Of a stretch of 64,000 nt of DNA, positions 1 to 9,615 are shown in pieces. Made by a program: the position numbers and the translations under genes. The notes below the pieces were generated by a model that did no database searches, was not told the DNA's origin, and saw only the letters and a program-made list of their open reading frames with translations. Location of the stretch: positions 2,080,001-2,144,000 of the forward strand of contig OY761158.1 of NCBI GenBank assembly GCA_963664405.1, read 5' to 3'. How positions within the stretch are numbered: the first letter of the stretch is position 1; every line of letters starts with the position of its first letter. This DNA comes from Thermoanaerobaculia bacterium. GTDB taxonomy: Bacteria; Acidobacteriota; Thermoanaerobaculia; Multivoradales; Multivoraceae.

Positions 1-128
1 AACTGCCCCGATGGGGCTTAACTTGGTGTCCACGAAACCGTGACCGCTCAGAACCCCTGCCGAAGTCTTCGATGAGTTTGTACACTCTGCTCACCAAGGC
101 AACGTTGCGACGACCCCTTGAACCCAAG
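1..128 (+). mobile_element. Terminal 128 bp of a second, inverted copy of the IS30/IS3 chimeric element (rest lies upstream of the window)
   Basis: Exact reverse complement of 28948-29075. It ends precisely at the IS30 IR tip (...GTTGCGACGACCCCTTGAACCCAAG), followed by a different flank (CTC...). Confidence 0.9.
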
Positions 129-292
129 CTCTACCCGTAGTTCGTTGTGCAAATCGCGCCGTCATTTTGGGTGCTGCCAAGGCGCACCGACGAAGTCATA
201 TCGGGAATATTTCGAGGAGGTGGAACGACGGCAGCGCGCAAAAGGGCCAGCGAGTTGCGTAACGTACTGCGGGTAGAGGACACTAGCTTCTC

Positions 293-1915
293 ATGACGGT
301 GGACAAGTCCAAGTGGGTCGTCGGCAAGGTGCTGGCCGAACAGGCTCGGGTGCGGGGTGACCGCCCCTTCATACAGTTCGAAGACGGTGAGCCGGTTACC
401 TACGCCGAGGCGCACGAGCTCACCAATCGCGTCGGCAACGCACTCGCCAAAGAGGGCGTGAGCTTTGGCGAGAACGTGGCGGTGATGCTTCACAATCGCC
501 TGGAGCATCTGTGGTCGTGGTTCGGCTTGAATCGCATCGGCGCGGTCCATGTCGCTATCAATACCGCCTACAAGGGCAGTTTCCTGACCCATGTACTTGC
601 CAATGCCGGATCCCGCTTCGGCATCATGGAGCGCGAGTTTCTGCCCTGGCTCGCCGACATCGAAGACACGGTACCCGCCATGCAGACGGTCTTCGTGCCG
701 GGGCCGCCGCTCGAAGCGGAGGACACTCCGCCCTTCCGGCACATCGAGGTTCGCCACTTCGACGAGCTCCTAGAGGGCGCGCCCAACGACATCGAGGTAG
801 AGGTCAGCTACCGGGATACCGGAATGATCATGTACACCTCCGGCACCACCGGACCATCAAAGGGTGTGGTGATGCCCCACGGCCATCTCTATCTCTTCGG
901 CTTGGGCATGAAGAAATTCACCGACCTCGGGCCCGAGGACCGTTACTACATCTGTATGCCGCTCTTTCATGCCCAAGGTAGCCTGATGCAGACCTACGGA
1001 ACCCTCCTGGCAGGCGCCAGCGCTGTCATGGTGAAGCAGTTCAGCGCCACCAAGTGGATCGACGACATCCGGAAGTACGAGGCTACGATCACCAACTCAC
1101 TCGGCGTGATGAACGACTTCATCTTGCGACAGCCCCCCAAACCCACCGATCGAGACAACAAACTACGCATGATGTCCGCCCTCCCGGTGACGGAGGAAAC
1201 TCTCGAGCAGTTGCGCGAGCGTTTCGCGATCCCCAAATTCAACGAGCTCTTCGGAATGACCGAGGTGAACCTCCCGATCTGGCGCCCACTCGACGCCCCC
1301 GATGAAGCCGGCTGCTCCGGCAAGGTATGGGACGAGTACTTCGAGGTCATCATCGCCGACCCCGATACGGACGAAGAGCTCCCCGTCGGCACAGTGGGCG
1401 AGATCCTGGTGCGGCCGAAAGAGCCCTATTGCTTCATGCAGGGCTACAACGGAATGCCGGATCGAACTGTTACGACCTGGCGCAACTTCTGGTTTCACAC
1501 CGGTGACGCCGCACGCTTCGATGAGCGCGGCTTCCTCTGGTACATCGACCGCATCAAGGACACCATCCGGCGACGCGGCGAGAACATCTCCTCCTACGAA
1601 GTGGAAGCGGTCCTCCTCGAGCATCCCGCGGTGGAAGAGGTCGCCGCGGTAGCGGTAAGAGCCGAAGAGGGAGGCGAGGACGAGGTCCTGGCCTGCCTCG
1701 TCTTAGCCCAGGGAGTGGAAAGACCCGCGCCGGAAGCGATCCTCGACTTCTGTCTACCGCGAATGCCCTACTTCGCCGTGCCACGTTACGTCGAATATCT
1801 GGACGAGATCCCCAAGACCCCGACTCAGAAGATCCAAAAGAACAAGCTCCGCGAGCGCGGGCTGAGCGCCACCACCTGGGACCGCGAGGCAGTGGGCTAC
1901 AAGGTACGTCGCTGA
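293..1915 (+). CDS. ATP-dependent acyl-CoA ligase (CaiC/crotonobetaine-CoA ligase-like, AMP-binding)
   Basis: Motifs YTSGTTGPSKG, FGMTE, WFHTGD, RRRGENISSYEVE, PKTPTQKIQK. Confidence 0.92.
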   Translation: MTVDKSKWVVGKVLAEQARVRGDRPFIQFEDGEPVTYAEAHELTNRVGNALAKEGVSFGENVAVMLHNRLEHLWSWFGLNRIGAVHVAINTAYKGSFLTHVLANAGSRFGIMEREFLPWLADIEDTVPAMQTVFVPGPPLEAEDTPPFRHIEVRHFDELLEGAPNDIEVEVSYRDTGMIMYTSGTTGPSKGVVMPHGHLYLFGLGMKKFTDLGPEDRYYICMPLFHAQGSLMQTYGTLLAGASAVMVKQFSATKWIDDIRKYEATITNSLGVMNDFILRQPPKPTDRDNKLRMMSALPVTEETLEQLRERFAIPKFNELFGMTEVNLPIWRPLDAPDEAGCSGKVWDEYFEVIIADPDTDEELPVGTVGEILVRPKEPYCFMQGYNGMPDRTVTTWRNFWFHTGDAARFDERGFLWYIDRIKDTIRRRGENISSYEVEAVLLEHPAVEEVAAVAVRAEEGGEDEVLACLVLAQGVERPAPEAILDFCLPRMPYFAVPRYVEYLDEIPKTPTQKIQKNKLRERGLSATTWDREAVGYKVRR

Positions 1916-1956
1916 ATCGCAAGATTCAGCCCGAAAGGGTGCTCGGACTTGGCCGT

Positions 1957-2211
1957 CTACCGATACACCTCTTTGCGATGTCCGATGCGGACGACCAAGA
2001 TCGTGAGCTCCTGGTGGATGGCTTCGTAGATGATTCGGTAGCGTCCCACGCGAAGCCGCCGAAGACCTCCGAACTCTCCTTTGAGGGCCGCCCCAGCAGA
2101 CGGCTCGTCGGCCAGTCGATCGATCGCTTCGACCAACCGGATCCGCTCTGGGACGTCGATCTTCCGAAGGGCCTTCGCGGCGCTACTCCTGATCTTGATC
2201 GAGTAGCTCAC
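1957..2211 (-). CDS. relE: Type II toxin, RelE/ParE family
   Basis: 84 aa, basic, with RRLRVGRYRIIY and IGHRKEVYR. Overlaps the upstream antitoxin. Confidence 0.88.
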   Translation of the reverse strand: MSYSIKIRSSAAKALRKIDVPERIRLVEAIDRLADEPSAGAALKGEFGGLRRLRVGRYRIIYEAIHQELTILVVRIGHRKEVYR

Positions 2212-2410
2212 GCTTGACTTCTTCCCAGTCGAGCACGGGGTCGGCCGGGTCGTTGAGCCTGTCCAGGGCCAGTCGGAGATCCTCGAAGTCGTCGAGGTAG
2301 TACTCGAGGGCTTGCCTGAGTAGCTGCGCTCTCGAGCGATTCAACTGACTAGCCGCACGATCCGCCTTCTCGACGAGCTCATCGGGGAGTCTTGCTGTTA
2401 CTTGCCTCAT
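2183..2410 (-). CDS. Ribbon-helix-helix (CopG/RelB-like) antitoxin
   Basis: N-terminal VTARLPDEL...SRAQLLRQAL RHH pattern, acidic C-terminus, GGAGG RBS, directly upstream of relE. Confidence 0.85.
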   Translation of the reverse strand: MRQVTARLPDELVEKADRAASQLNRSRAQLLRQALEYYLDDFEDLRLALDRLNDPADPVLDWEEVKRELLDQDQE

Positions 2411-2430
2411 GGTTGCGCCTCCGACTCAAC

Positions 2431-2459
2431 ATGATGTCTTTGACTTCGATCGAAGTCAA
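2431..2459 (-). promoter_or_regulatory. TA promoter with overlapping operator palindrome
   Basis: Perfect 20-bp palindrome TTGACTTCGATCGAAGTCAA (2440-2459). On the minus strand it reads TTGACT-N17-CATCAT ahead of the antitoxin RBS. Confidence 0.65.
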
Positions 2460-2524
2460 GTTAGTTCGCTCTTCTTCCAGAGCCACGATGGCCGTGGGCG
2501 CGCTCTGTCTGAACGATCTACTCT

Positions 2525-2715
2525 TCAGCTGGCTCGCCGCAGGCCACTGGGGGTGTACCCGAAGGCGTTCTTGAACGCCCGGGTCAGGATCTGGGCAGAG
2601 GAAAAACCTACCTGGCCGGCGATCTGTTCGATCGAAACGGCGGTGTACCGGGCCAGCTGGTGGGCTTTCAGCAGGCGCCAGCGGTTGAGGTATTCGATCG
2701 CGGGCCTTCGCCCAA
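2525..2715 (-). pseudogene. AraC-family regulator, C-terminal HTH remnant
   Basis: EYLNRWRLLKAHQL...SIEQIAGQVGFSSAQILTRAFKNAFGYTPSGLR, with no N-terminal part. Confidence 0.75.
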
Positions 2716-2723
2716 CGCCGGCT

Positions 2724-2950
2724 CTCCCCGCGTATGCAGCGGCCAAGGCCGGCGTGATCCATCTCACCGGTACGCTGGCGCTCGAGCTCGCCCCCAAGAA
2801 GATCCGCGTCAACGCGATCTGCCCTGGCCTGGTATGGACGCGAAGATAGGGCGGCTCGCCGCGTTCCTGGCGAGCACCGATGCGGCGACCATCACCGGCC
2901 AGGCGATCAGCGTCGACGGCGGCATCCTCCTCGCCGGGCGTGCTCTGTGA
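2724..2950 (+). pseudogene. Short-chain dehydrogenase/reductase C-terminal remnant with internal deletion
   Basis: YAAAKAG (YxxxK) and IRVNAICPG, then a frame change to IGRLAAFLASTDAATITGQAISVDGG. No Rossmann N-terminus. Confidence 0.75.
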
Positions 2951-2959
2951 CGGCACCCA

Positions 2960-4101
2960 GCACCGACGAACGGCCGATCCCTCCTCGCACGCACCGACCG
3001 CGGAGATCCTCTCGAGCTCACGCACGACGATGCCCTCCGAGATCTCGGCATGGATCTTGGTCGCCAGGTCTCCGGCGGCGGCAGCGAAGTCCGGCTCGGC
3101 GAGAACGCGCGTGAGCGCCGCCTCGATCTCTGCGGAGGAAGCCTCGCGATCGAGTACCAGCCCGGCACCATGCCAGCTGGCTCGAGCTCCGTTCTCGGCC
3201 TGATCGCGCCCGAGAGGGAGGCACACGACCGGAACGCCTGCGGCCAGGGCTTTGAGCACGCTGCCGTGCCCCCCATGGGTCACCATGGCGGCGGCACGCT
3301 GCAGGATCGGAGCGTGAGGAGCCGTGGCGACGATCTCCACGTTCTCGGCCGCCTCGAAGTCAGATGGCTCAAACATCCCTCCCAGCGTCACGATCGCCTG
3401 GACGTCGAGCTCTCCAAGAGCTGCGATCGACCGGCGGTAGACGTCGAGCTGATCCTGAAACGAGGATCCGAGGGACACCAGCACGAGAGGTCGGTCGCCG
3501 CCCGAGGACGACCACGATGTCGTTTCGGACCACACCGGGTCGTCGAGCACCGGTCCGGCGAAGAGGGTGCGCTCCGGCAGCGCGTAGGGATAGTCGAAGT
3601 GTCGACTGGTCAGCAGTAGGACGAGGGATGCCCGGTCCCATTCCTCCCACGGATGGCTGGTCGCAGGCAGCCCGAGCTCCTGCCGCGCGGGGTCGAGAGC
3701 CGGCTGTCCGGCCGCGAAGGCCAGTCGCGCGGCCTCCCAGATCTCGGCATCGCGGGCCTCACCTTCCTCGCCCTCCAGAGGAAGCAGGCCGGGGCCGAAG
3801 CCCGGCCGACCGGGAGCCCACCGCAGGTCCACGTTCGGGAAGAGGACGACCGACGGCAGCCCACACCTCTCGGCTCCGAGCAGGGCACCGAACACCAACG
3901 CACAGCCGACCACGACGTCGACTGGATCGCGAGCGTGGCACGCCATGACATCCCGCGCCACACCGTGAGCGGGGCCGCACATGAAGCCGCGCACCCCGGC
4001 ACTGATGCACTCTAGGGGATCGGCGATCGTCCAGTCCTTGACCGGATCGTCCTCCGGGCCGCGAGTCGCCCGATTCGGCGCCTCCTGGTAGCCGACGAAG
4101 G
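2960..4101 (-). pseudogene. GT1/MGT-family UDP-glycosyltransferase, 5'-truncated
   Basis: LVSLGS and THGGHGSVLKALAAGVPVVCLPLGRDQAENG signature. The frame stays open upstream to about 4100 but lacks the usual N-terminal motif and start. Boundaries are approximate. Confidence 0.72.
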
Positions 4102-4609
4102 TCGATCAGGCCTAGGATCCGCGCATCCCGACCGACCGATCCGCCTTTCGACACCGACTACTGATCGTGACGCTCGCGATCGTGCTGTCGAGCCCCGCTC
4201 TCGCCCAGTACGGGACCCGCGGCGGGGAGTTCCGTCCTGATTGCGCTAGGGCGCCCTGACTGTAGGTGACGACAATCTACTCGGGCGTCTCTCCCGTCGT
4301 GACCCAGCGGTCATCACGACTCCTGGCTGGCCGGCTCTTCCGGCTGCGCACCGCGATCGCCGCCCCCGCCAACCACCGTCGGGGTAGCGCTCCGTCCACT
4401 CCACCAGCTTGTCGACCGCCGTCCAGCATCAGCGGCGTGCCTCGAAAGTGCCCCGGCTCGATCGGACTCGCACCCTCAGGCAGGCGCTCGTCGGCGGACA
4501 GCTCTGAACGACATGAGGTGCCGGAGTCTACGAGAAGGGCCGGTGTGTGCAGAACGTCTCGAAAAGGCTCTCGAGAAACTCGCGCCTTCCGTGCGGCTCT
4601 GACCTCTTG

Positions 4610-5395
4610 CTAGGCGGAAGCTCCGGAATAGTGCCGCAGGCCGAGCTTCCAGAAGCGCCGTGAGACAAAGAGGAAGGCTGCGGCCAGCGCCACCGCGACG
4701 CTCAGGGTCAGCGGCGAAAGACGACCGGTGAGCGCCTGGGCGGGGACGCTCACGGCAAAGACGATAGGAACCAGCGCCGTCAGGCTCCATCGCAGCCAGG
4801 GAGGGTAGATACCGATCGGCCAGCGCCCCGCGACATACATGCTCCAGAAGATCATCATCACGTTCTCGATGCGGATGAACCAGAAGCAGAGGGTCGCCAG
4901 AATGATCCAGAAGCTGTAGACGATCGCCGCTCCGCATCCGAACGCCAGCAGGAACTGGAGCGCCTCGACGACCGACACCGTCTCGGCCAAGCGATACAGC
5001 GATACGGCCAGCAGGACTCCGCCGAGGAAGACCTCCCCGATCTTCCAGATCTGGAACTCCGAGATGCTGACCAAGAGCTGAGCGTCCGCGGGTTTGGTGA
5101 TCGTGAAGTCGAGCTGGCCCATCCTCACCTCGCCCATGAAGCGGGTCAGCGAAGGCGCGATCACCATGTTGATGGCACCGAGCATCATGAAGTAGATCCC
5201 GAGCAGTGCGAGCAGCTCCCAGGGGCCCCATCCGGCGAGGCTCTCGGTCTGGCGAAAGACCAGAAAGACAGCTATCAGCGCGGTCGACATATTGAGCAGC
5301 GTCTCGAAAGTCTGGATCCAGAAGTTGGACCGATAGGCCATCTCGTTCATCGCCCCGATACGGAAGAAGACGAGGATGAGACGCAGCACGTTCAT
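4610..5395 (-). CDS. ABC-2 type transporter permease (DUF990-like)
   Basis: Multiple TM segments, GQLDFTITKP motif, overlaps the partner permease. Confidence 0.88.
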   Translation of the reverse strand: MNVLRLILVFFRIGAMNEMAYRSNFWIQTFETLLNMSTALIAVFLVFRQTESLAGWGPWELLALLGIYFMMLGAINMVIAPSLTRFMGEVRMGQLDFTITKPADAQLLVSISEFQIWKIGEVFLGGVLLAVSLYRLAETVSVVEALQFLLAFGCGAAIVYSFWIILATLCFWFIRIENVMMIFWSMYVAGRWPIGIYPPWLRWSLTALVPIVFAVSVPAQALTGRLSPLTLSVAVALAAAFLFVSRRFWKLGLRHYSGASA

Positions 5396-6186
5396 CCGCC
5401 CACCGCCGAGAATCTACGCACCGCAAAGCGCCAGCCACCGGCGAGAACCGCCAGAACCAGGAGTGTCCACACCAGCTGCATGCCGAGGCCATGGATAACC
5501 TCCTGCGGCGAGAGACGGCCGATGATCACCTCGACCGGAAATGCCGCCACCCAATAGAAGGGCAGGCCCTCGCCGACTCTCTGCAGCCAGGGCGGCAGCA
5601 GGTCGACCGGAGCGACCCGGCCCGAGAAGACCAGCAGCAAGGCGAAGTACATCTGATTGATGGCGGTGGTTCGAGTGGTCCAGAAGGCGGCAAGCGCCAG
5701 GGTCCAACCAAGGAAGAAGCGCAAAAAGATCGCCAGGATCAGCGCCGGCAGCGCGGCCACCACAGCCCAGGGCTCGGTCTCGAAGGTGGGTCGGAACCAC
5801 AAGGCCAAGATCGCCACCGCCGGCACCATCACCACCATCATCACCAATTTGTAGGCGAAGTTGTCGGCCAGGTCGCCGTGGATCGGATGCACAGGGCGCA
5901 ACAACAAGAAGGAGAACTGCCCTTCCTGGATACGCCACTGAAACTCGTGCATGATCCAGGTGAAGGTGAGGTGGTTCACCAGCATCAGAGTGAGGTAGTA
6001 ACCGGCGAACTGAGAAACAGAGTAACCGGCGACTTCCCCACCCTGCGCGTTGGCAACCGTCGACCAAACGATGAGAAAGATGACCGGATCGAGCACGCCT
6101 CCGATCATCCAGATGATGCCGGAGGCTCGATATTGAACCTGGACCGCGACGCCGATCCTGAACAGGGTGCGGTAGAGGCCGAACAC
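5392..6186 (-). CDS. ABC-2 type transporter permease
   Basis: Hydrophobic, IQEGQFSFLLLRP motif, in operon with the ATPase. Confidence 0.88.
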   Translation of the reverse strand: MFGLYRTLFRIGVAVQVQYRASGIIWMIGGVLDPVIFLIVWSTVANAQGGEVAGYSVSQFAGYYLTLMLVNHLTFTWIMHEFQWRIQEGQFSFLLLRPVHPIHGDLADNFAYKLVMMVVMVPAVAILALWFRPTFETEPWAVVAALPALILAIFLRFFLGWTLALAAFWTTRTTAINQMYFALLLVFSGRVAPVDLLPPWLQRVGEGLPFYWVAAFPVEVIIGRLSPQEVIHGLGMQLVWTLLVLAVLAGGWRFAVRRFSAVGG

Positions 6187-6191
6187 GAGGA

Positions 6192-7205
6192 CTACTCCGA
6201 GCGCTGGGCGAAAACCCGCTCGATGATCAACTCGATTGGCGGGTCCTCCACCGATAGATCGACCACCGGCAGGTCCTCGAGCAATCTGGCAGTTACCTTC
6301 GGCGTCTCCGCCTTCGCTACCTGCAGCGAGTAGCGCCCCCCCTCCTGGGCAATGACGTTCCCGTACTCCGAAAGATCGTGGGTCCCATCACCGAGGTCCA
6401 CAATGATCGTCTTCTGCGCAGTGAAGCGACGCACCAGGACGTCGAGGTCACCATCGAAAAGAGCCGCGCCGTCGTTGATCACGATCACTCGTTTGCACAG
6501 AGCTTCGACATCGGCCATGTAGTGACTGGTGAGAATGATGGTCGCCTCGTACTTCGTCCGATACGCCTCGACAAACGATCGAATTCGGCGCTGCATCGTG
6601 ACGTCCAAACCCAGCGTAGGCTCATCGAGAAAAAGGATACGCGGCCGGTGAAGTAGGGCCGCGGCCACCTCACACTTCATGCGCTCGCCCAGAGAGAGGT
6701 TGCGCACCGGCTTCTGCAACAGATCGGAGAGGTCGAGAAGCTCGACCAACTCGTCGCGGCTGTCGCTGAACTCGTTCGCCGACAGCCGGTAGATGGCACG
6801 GTTGCGCTCCAGAGAATCGGCTACCGGAATGTCCCAGATAAGCTGATTGCGCTGCCCCATCACCAAGGTCATCTGACGCAAGAACTCCTTTCGGCGTTCG
6901 AAAGGCTCGAAGCCCAGAACCCGCACGCGGCCCGAGGTCGGGTAGAGGAGGCCCGAGAGCATCTTGAGCGTCGTTGTCTTACCGGCGCCGTTGGGCCCGA
7001 TGAAGCCGACAATCTCGCCCGGCGCAATGGAGAAGGTAACCGCCTTCACCGCCTCGACGCGCCGGGTCTCGCGCCGAAAGAGGCTACGAACCGCAGCACC
7101 AAGGCCGGTCTCCCGCACCGGGACCAGATAGGTCTTGGTGAGCTCGACGACGTCGATGGCGGAGCCTGTCGTCGCCGGAAGCGGCGCTTCAGTACCCGTC
7201 AGCAC
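6192..7205 (-). CDS. ABC transporter ATP-binding protein (NatA-like)
   Basis: Walker A GPNGAGKTT, LSLGERM signature, Walker B LFLDEPT, TSH switch. Confidence 0.93.
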   Translation of the reverse strand: MLTGTEAPLPATTGSAIDVVELTKTYLVPVRETGLGAAVRSLFRRETRRVEAVKAVTFSIAPGEIVGFIGPNGAGKTTTLKMLSGLLYPTSGRVRVLGFEPFERRKEFLRQMTLVMGQRNQLIWDIPVADSLERNRAIYRLSANEFSDSRDELVELLDLSDLLQKPVRNLSLGERMKCEVAAALLHRPRILFLDEPTLGLDVTMQRRIRSFVEAYRTKYEATIILTSHYMADVEALCKRVIVINDGAALFDGDLDVLVRRFTAQKTIIVDLGDGTHDLSEYGNVIAQEGGRYSLQVAKAETPKVTARLLEDLPVVDLSVEDPPIELIIERVFAQRSE

Positions 7206-7294
7206 TTACTCGTGAAGCTCTCATGCCCGTCTCGACTCTTCCTGCCGGCATCATACCTGGGTCGCGAGGGCGAGCCGAAGTAGAATCCACCCAC

Positions 7295-8674
7295 ATGCAA
7301 CCGCGAAGAAAGCCTTCCAAAGGGGTCGGCCTCAGCCTCCTTCTACTACTTCTGATCCCCGCCTGGGTCGGTACCGCCAAGGCACAGCTCAGCGATTGGC
7401 CGAACTGGCGGGGTCCCCTTCACAACGGAACGAGTCCCGACGCCAACCCGCCCATTCACTGGAGCGAGACCAACAACGTCCGCTTCAAAGTGCCGATCCC
7501 CGGCGAGAGCCTCGCCTCTCCCATCGTCCATGGCGATCGGGTCTATGTGGTCACCGCCGTAGCGCTCGACGAGGCCGCCTACGCCACCAACAAAGAGGCC
7601 GCCCAAGGGGTCATCGATCGCGGTGAGTGGCCACCGAAGGTAACCGCGGTTCGCCACCACTTCCGTGTCTATGCCTTCAATCGAGAGGACGGCAGCCTGG
7701 TGTGGGAACGATTGGCGACCGAGCGCGTGCCCCACGAGAGTCACTATCTCGACTCCTCTTATGCCTGCGCCTCACCGTTGACCGACGGCGAGCGTCTTTT
7801 CGTCCATTTCGGTTCCAACGGCACCTACGCTTACACCCTCGACGGCGAGCTCATCTGGGAAACCGACCTCGGCGACATGACCGCTCGGCGCGGTTTCGGC
7901 GAGGCGAGCTCACCGGCGATCTCCGGCGATCTTCTGGTAGTCAACTGGGACCATGAGGGAGACTCGTTCATCGTCGCGCTCGACAAGAAGACGGGCCGGG
8001 AGGTCTGGCGAACAGAGCGACCCGGAGAGGTCACATCGTGGTCGACGCCTCTGATCGTCGAACATCAAGGTCGGAACCAAGTCGTGGTCTCGGCCACGGG
8101 CCGAAGCCGAGGCTATGACCTCTTGACCGGCAAGGAGCTCTGGAGCCTCGGCGGTATGACCGTCAACCAGATCCCCACCCCCATTCACAACCAGGGCGTC
8201 GTATACCTTGCCAGCGGCTATCGCGGCAACATGCTCCAGGCCGTCGACCTGGCCACAGCGAAGGGCGAGCTCGAAGGTACCGAGGCGGTGCTTTGGAGCT
8301 ACGAGCGTGACACTCCCTACGTCGCCACACCTCTTCTATACGGCCACAACTTCTATTTCATCAAACACTTCCGAAACATCCTCACGGTCCTCGACGCGAG
8401 CACGGGAGAGGTCCGTTACAACGAGGTGCGGCTCCCCGACCTCCGCCAGATCTATTCTTCGCCGGTCGGCGCGGCCGGGCGGGTCTATATCTTCGGCCGC
8501 GACGGCAACGCCCTCGTCCTCGAGGACGGCCCGAGCTTCAAGATCCTCGCCCACAACGTGCTCGACGACGACGTCGATGCCACCCCGGCTCTGGTCGGCG
8601 ATCGTATGTACGTCAGGGGGCGTCACTCCCTCTACTGCTTAGAAGCCGAGGCCCCGCCGTCTGCGGATCGCTAG
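7295..8674 (+). CDS. Secreted PQQ-binding-like beta-propeller protein
   Basis: Signal peptide, DWPNWRGP, repeated SSP/ALDKKTGREVW propeller motifs. Start taken at ATG 7295, downstream of a TAGAAT at 7281. Confidence 0.85.
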   Translation: MQPRRKPSKGVGLSLLLLLLIPAWVGTAKAQLSDWPNWRGPLHNGTSPDANPPIHWSETNNVRFKVPIPGESLASPIVHGDRVYVVTAVALDEAAYATNKEAAQGVIDRGEWPPKVTAVRHHFRVYAFNREDGSLVWERLATERVPHESHYLDSSYACASPLTDGERLFVHFGSNGTYAYTLDGELIWETDLGDMTARRGFGEASSPAISGDLLVVNWDHEGDSFIVALDKKTGREVWRTERPGEVTSWSTPLIVEHQGRNQVVVSATGRSRGYDLLTGKELWSLGGMTVNQIPTPIHNQGVVYLASGYRGNMLQAVDLATAKGELEGTEAVLWSYERDTPYVATPLLYGHNFYFIKHFRNILTVLDASTGEVRYNEVRLPDLRQIYSSPVGAAGRVYIFGRDGNALVLEDGPSFKILAHNVLDDDVDATPALVGDRMYVRGRHSLYCLEAEAPPSADR

Positions 8675-8679
8675 ACCCA

Positions 8680-9615
8680 ATGCCGCTCGTCTCCGGAACC
8701 AAGCTCAAGTCCCTGATGCGAGAGCCGCTGCTGCATTTTCTGCTGATCGGCGGCGCCGCTTTCGTCGTTTTCGACGACGTGGCGCTCGTCGACGCCTCAG
8801 CCGATAGCAAGAGGATCATTGTCGACCGCGAGAGCCTCCTCACCTTCATGCAGCAACGCGCCAGAGTTCTTTTGCCGGAGGGGTTCGCAGCTCAGCTCGA
8901 CGCGCTGTCCGGCGAGCGACGCGCACAGCTGGTCGAGGATTACGTGCGCGAAGAGGCGCTCTATAGAGAAGCCAAGGCGATGCAGCTGGATGACGCCGAC
9001 TACGGCGCACGCCAGCGGCTCATCGGGCAGCTGCGCTTCATCAACGAAGGCTTCGTTGCCGCATCGATCGAGGTCTCGGAGCAGGAGCTGCTCGATTACC
9101 TGCGAGCTCACTCGGACCGCTACAGCGTCGTGCCGACGATCACCTTTACCCACGTCTTCTTCAGTGCCGAAAGACACGGCGACGAATCAGCGCGCGACCT
9201 CGCCGAGGCCAAGCTAGGGGTATTGAACTCGGAGCAGGTGCCGTTCCACCAGGCTGTGGGCCATGGCGATCGTTTTCTCTACCACACAAACTACGTACGC
9301 AAGGGAGCCGGCGACATCGACAGCCACTTTGGGCGCGAAATGCAACGACCGCTGTTCGCCGCTGAGCCCGACGAGAAGACCTGGATCGGCCCCTTCCGCT
9401 CCGAGTACGGCTACCATCTCGTTCTGCTCACGACCAAGTCGGCCGGCTACCTACCGAGTCTCGACCAGGTGCGCGCGCGCGTCGAATCTGATGCGATACA
9501 AGCTCGCCTGGAGAATGCCTTCGAGGAGATGACGGACTCGATCGTGGAGAGCTACGAGGTCGAGCTCGACGCTGTCCTCAGAGAAGAGGCCGACCTCGCG
9601 GCGAGCTCGCGATGA
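8680..9615 (+). CDS. PpiC-type peptidyl-prolyl isomerase (Rotamase_2)
   Basis: REPLLHFLLIG N-terminal anchor, YVREEALYREA, ITFTHVFFS, WIGPFRSEYGYHLV. Confidence 0.85.
   Translation: MPLVSGTKLKSLMREPLLHFLLIGGAAFVVFDDVALVDASADSKRIIVDRESLLTFMQQRARVLLPEGFAAQLDALSGERRAQLVEDYVREEALYREAKAMQLDDADYGARQRLIGQLRFINEGFVAASIEVSEQELLDYLRAHSDRYSVVPTITFTHVFFSAERHGDESARDLAEAKLGVLNSEQVPFHQAVGHGDRFLYHTNYVRKGAGDIDSHFGREMQRPLFAAEPDEKTWIGPFRSEYGYHLVLLTTKSAGYLPSLDQVRARVESDAIQARLENAFEEMTDSIVESYEVELDAVLREEADLAASSR

Noticed and set aside
4266-4613. 115-aa ORF between the remnants and the ABC operon
   Set aside because: It has no RBS or motif and a low-complexity R/S/P composition.
5491-6333. Plus-strand ORF with a poly-His run
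   Set aside because: It is the antisense shadow of the Met/Val-rich TM segment of the ABC permease.
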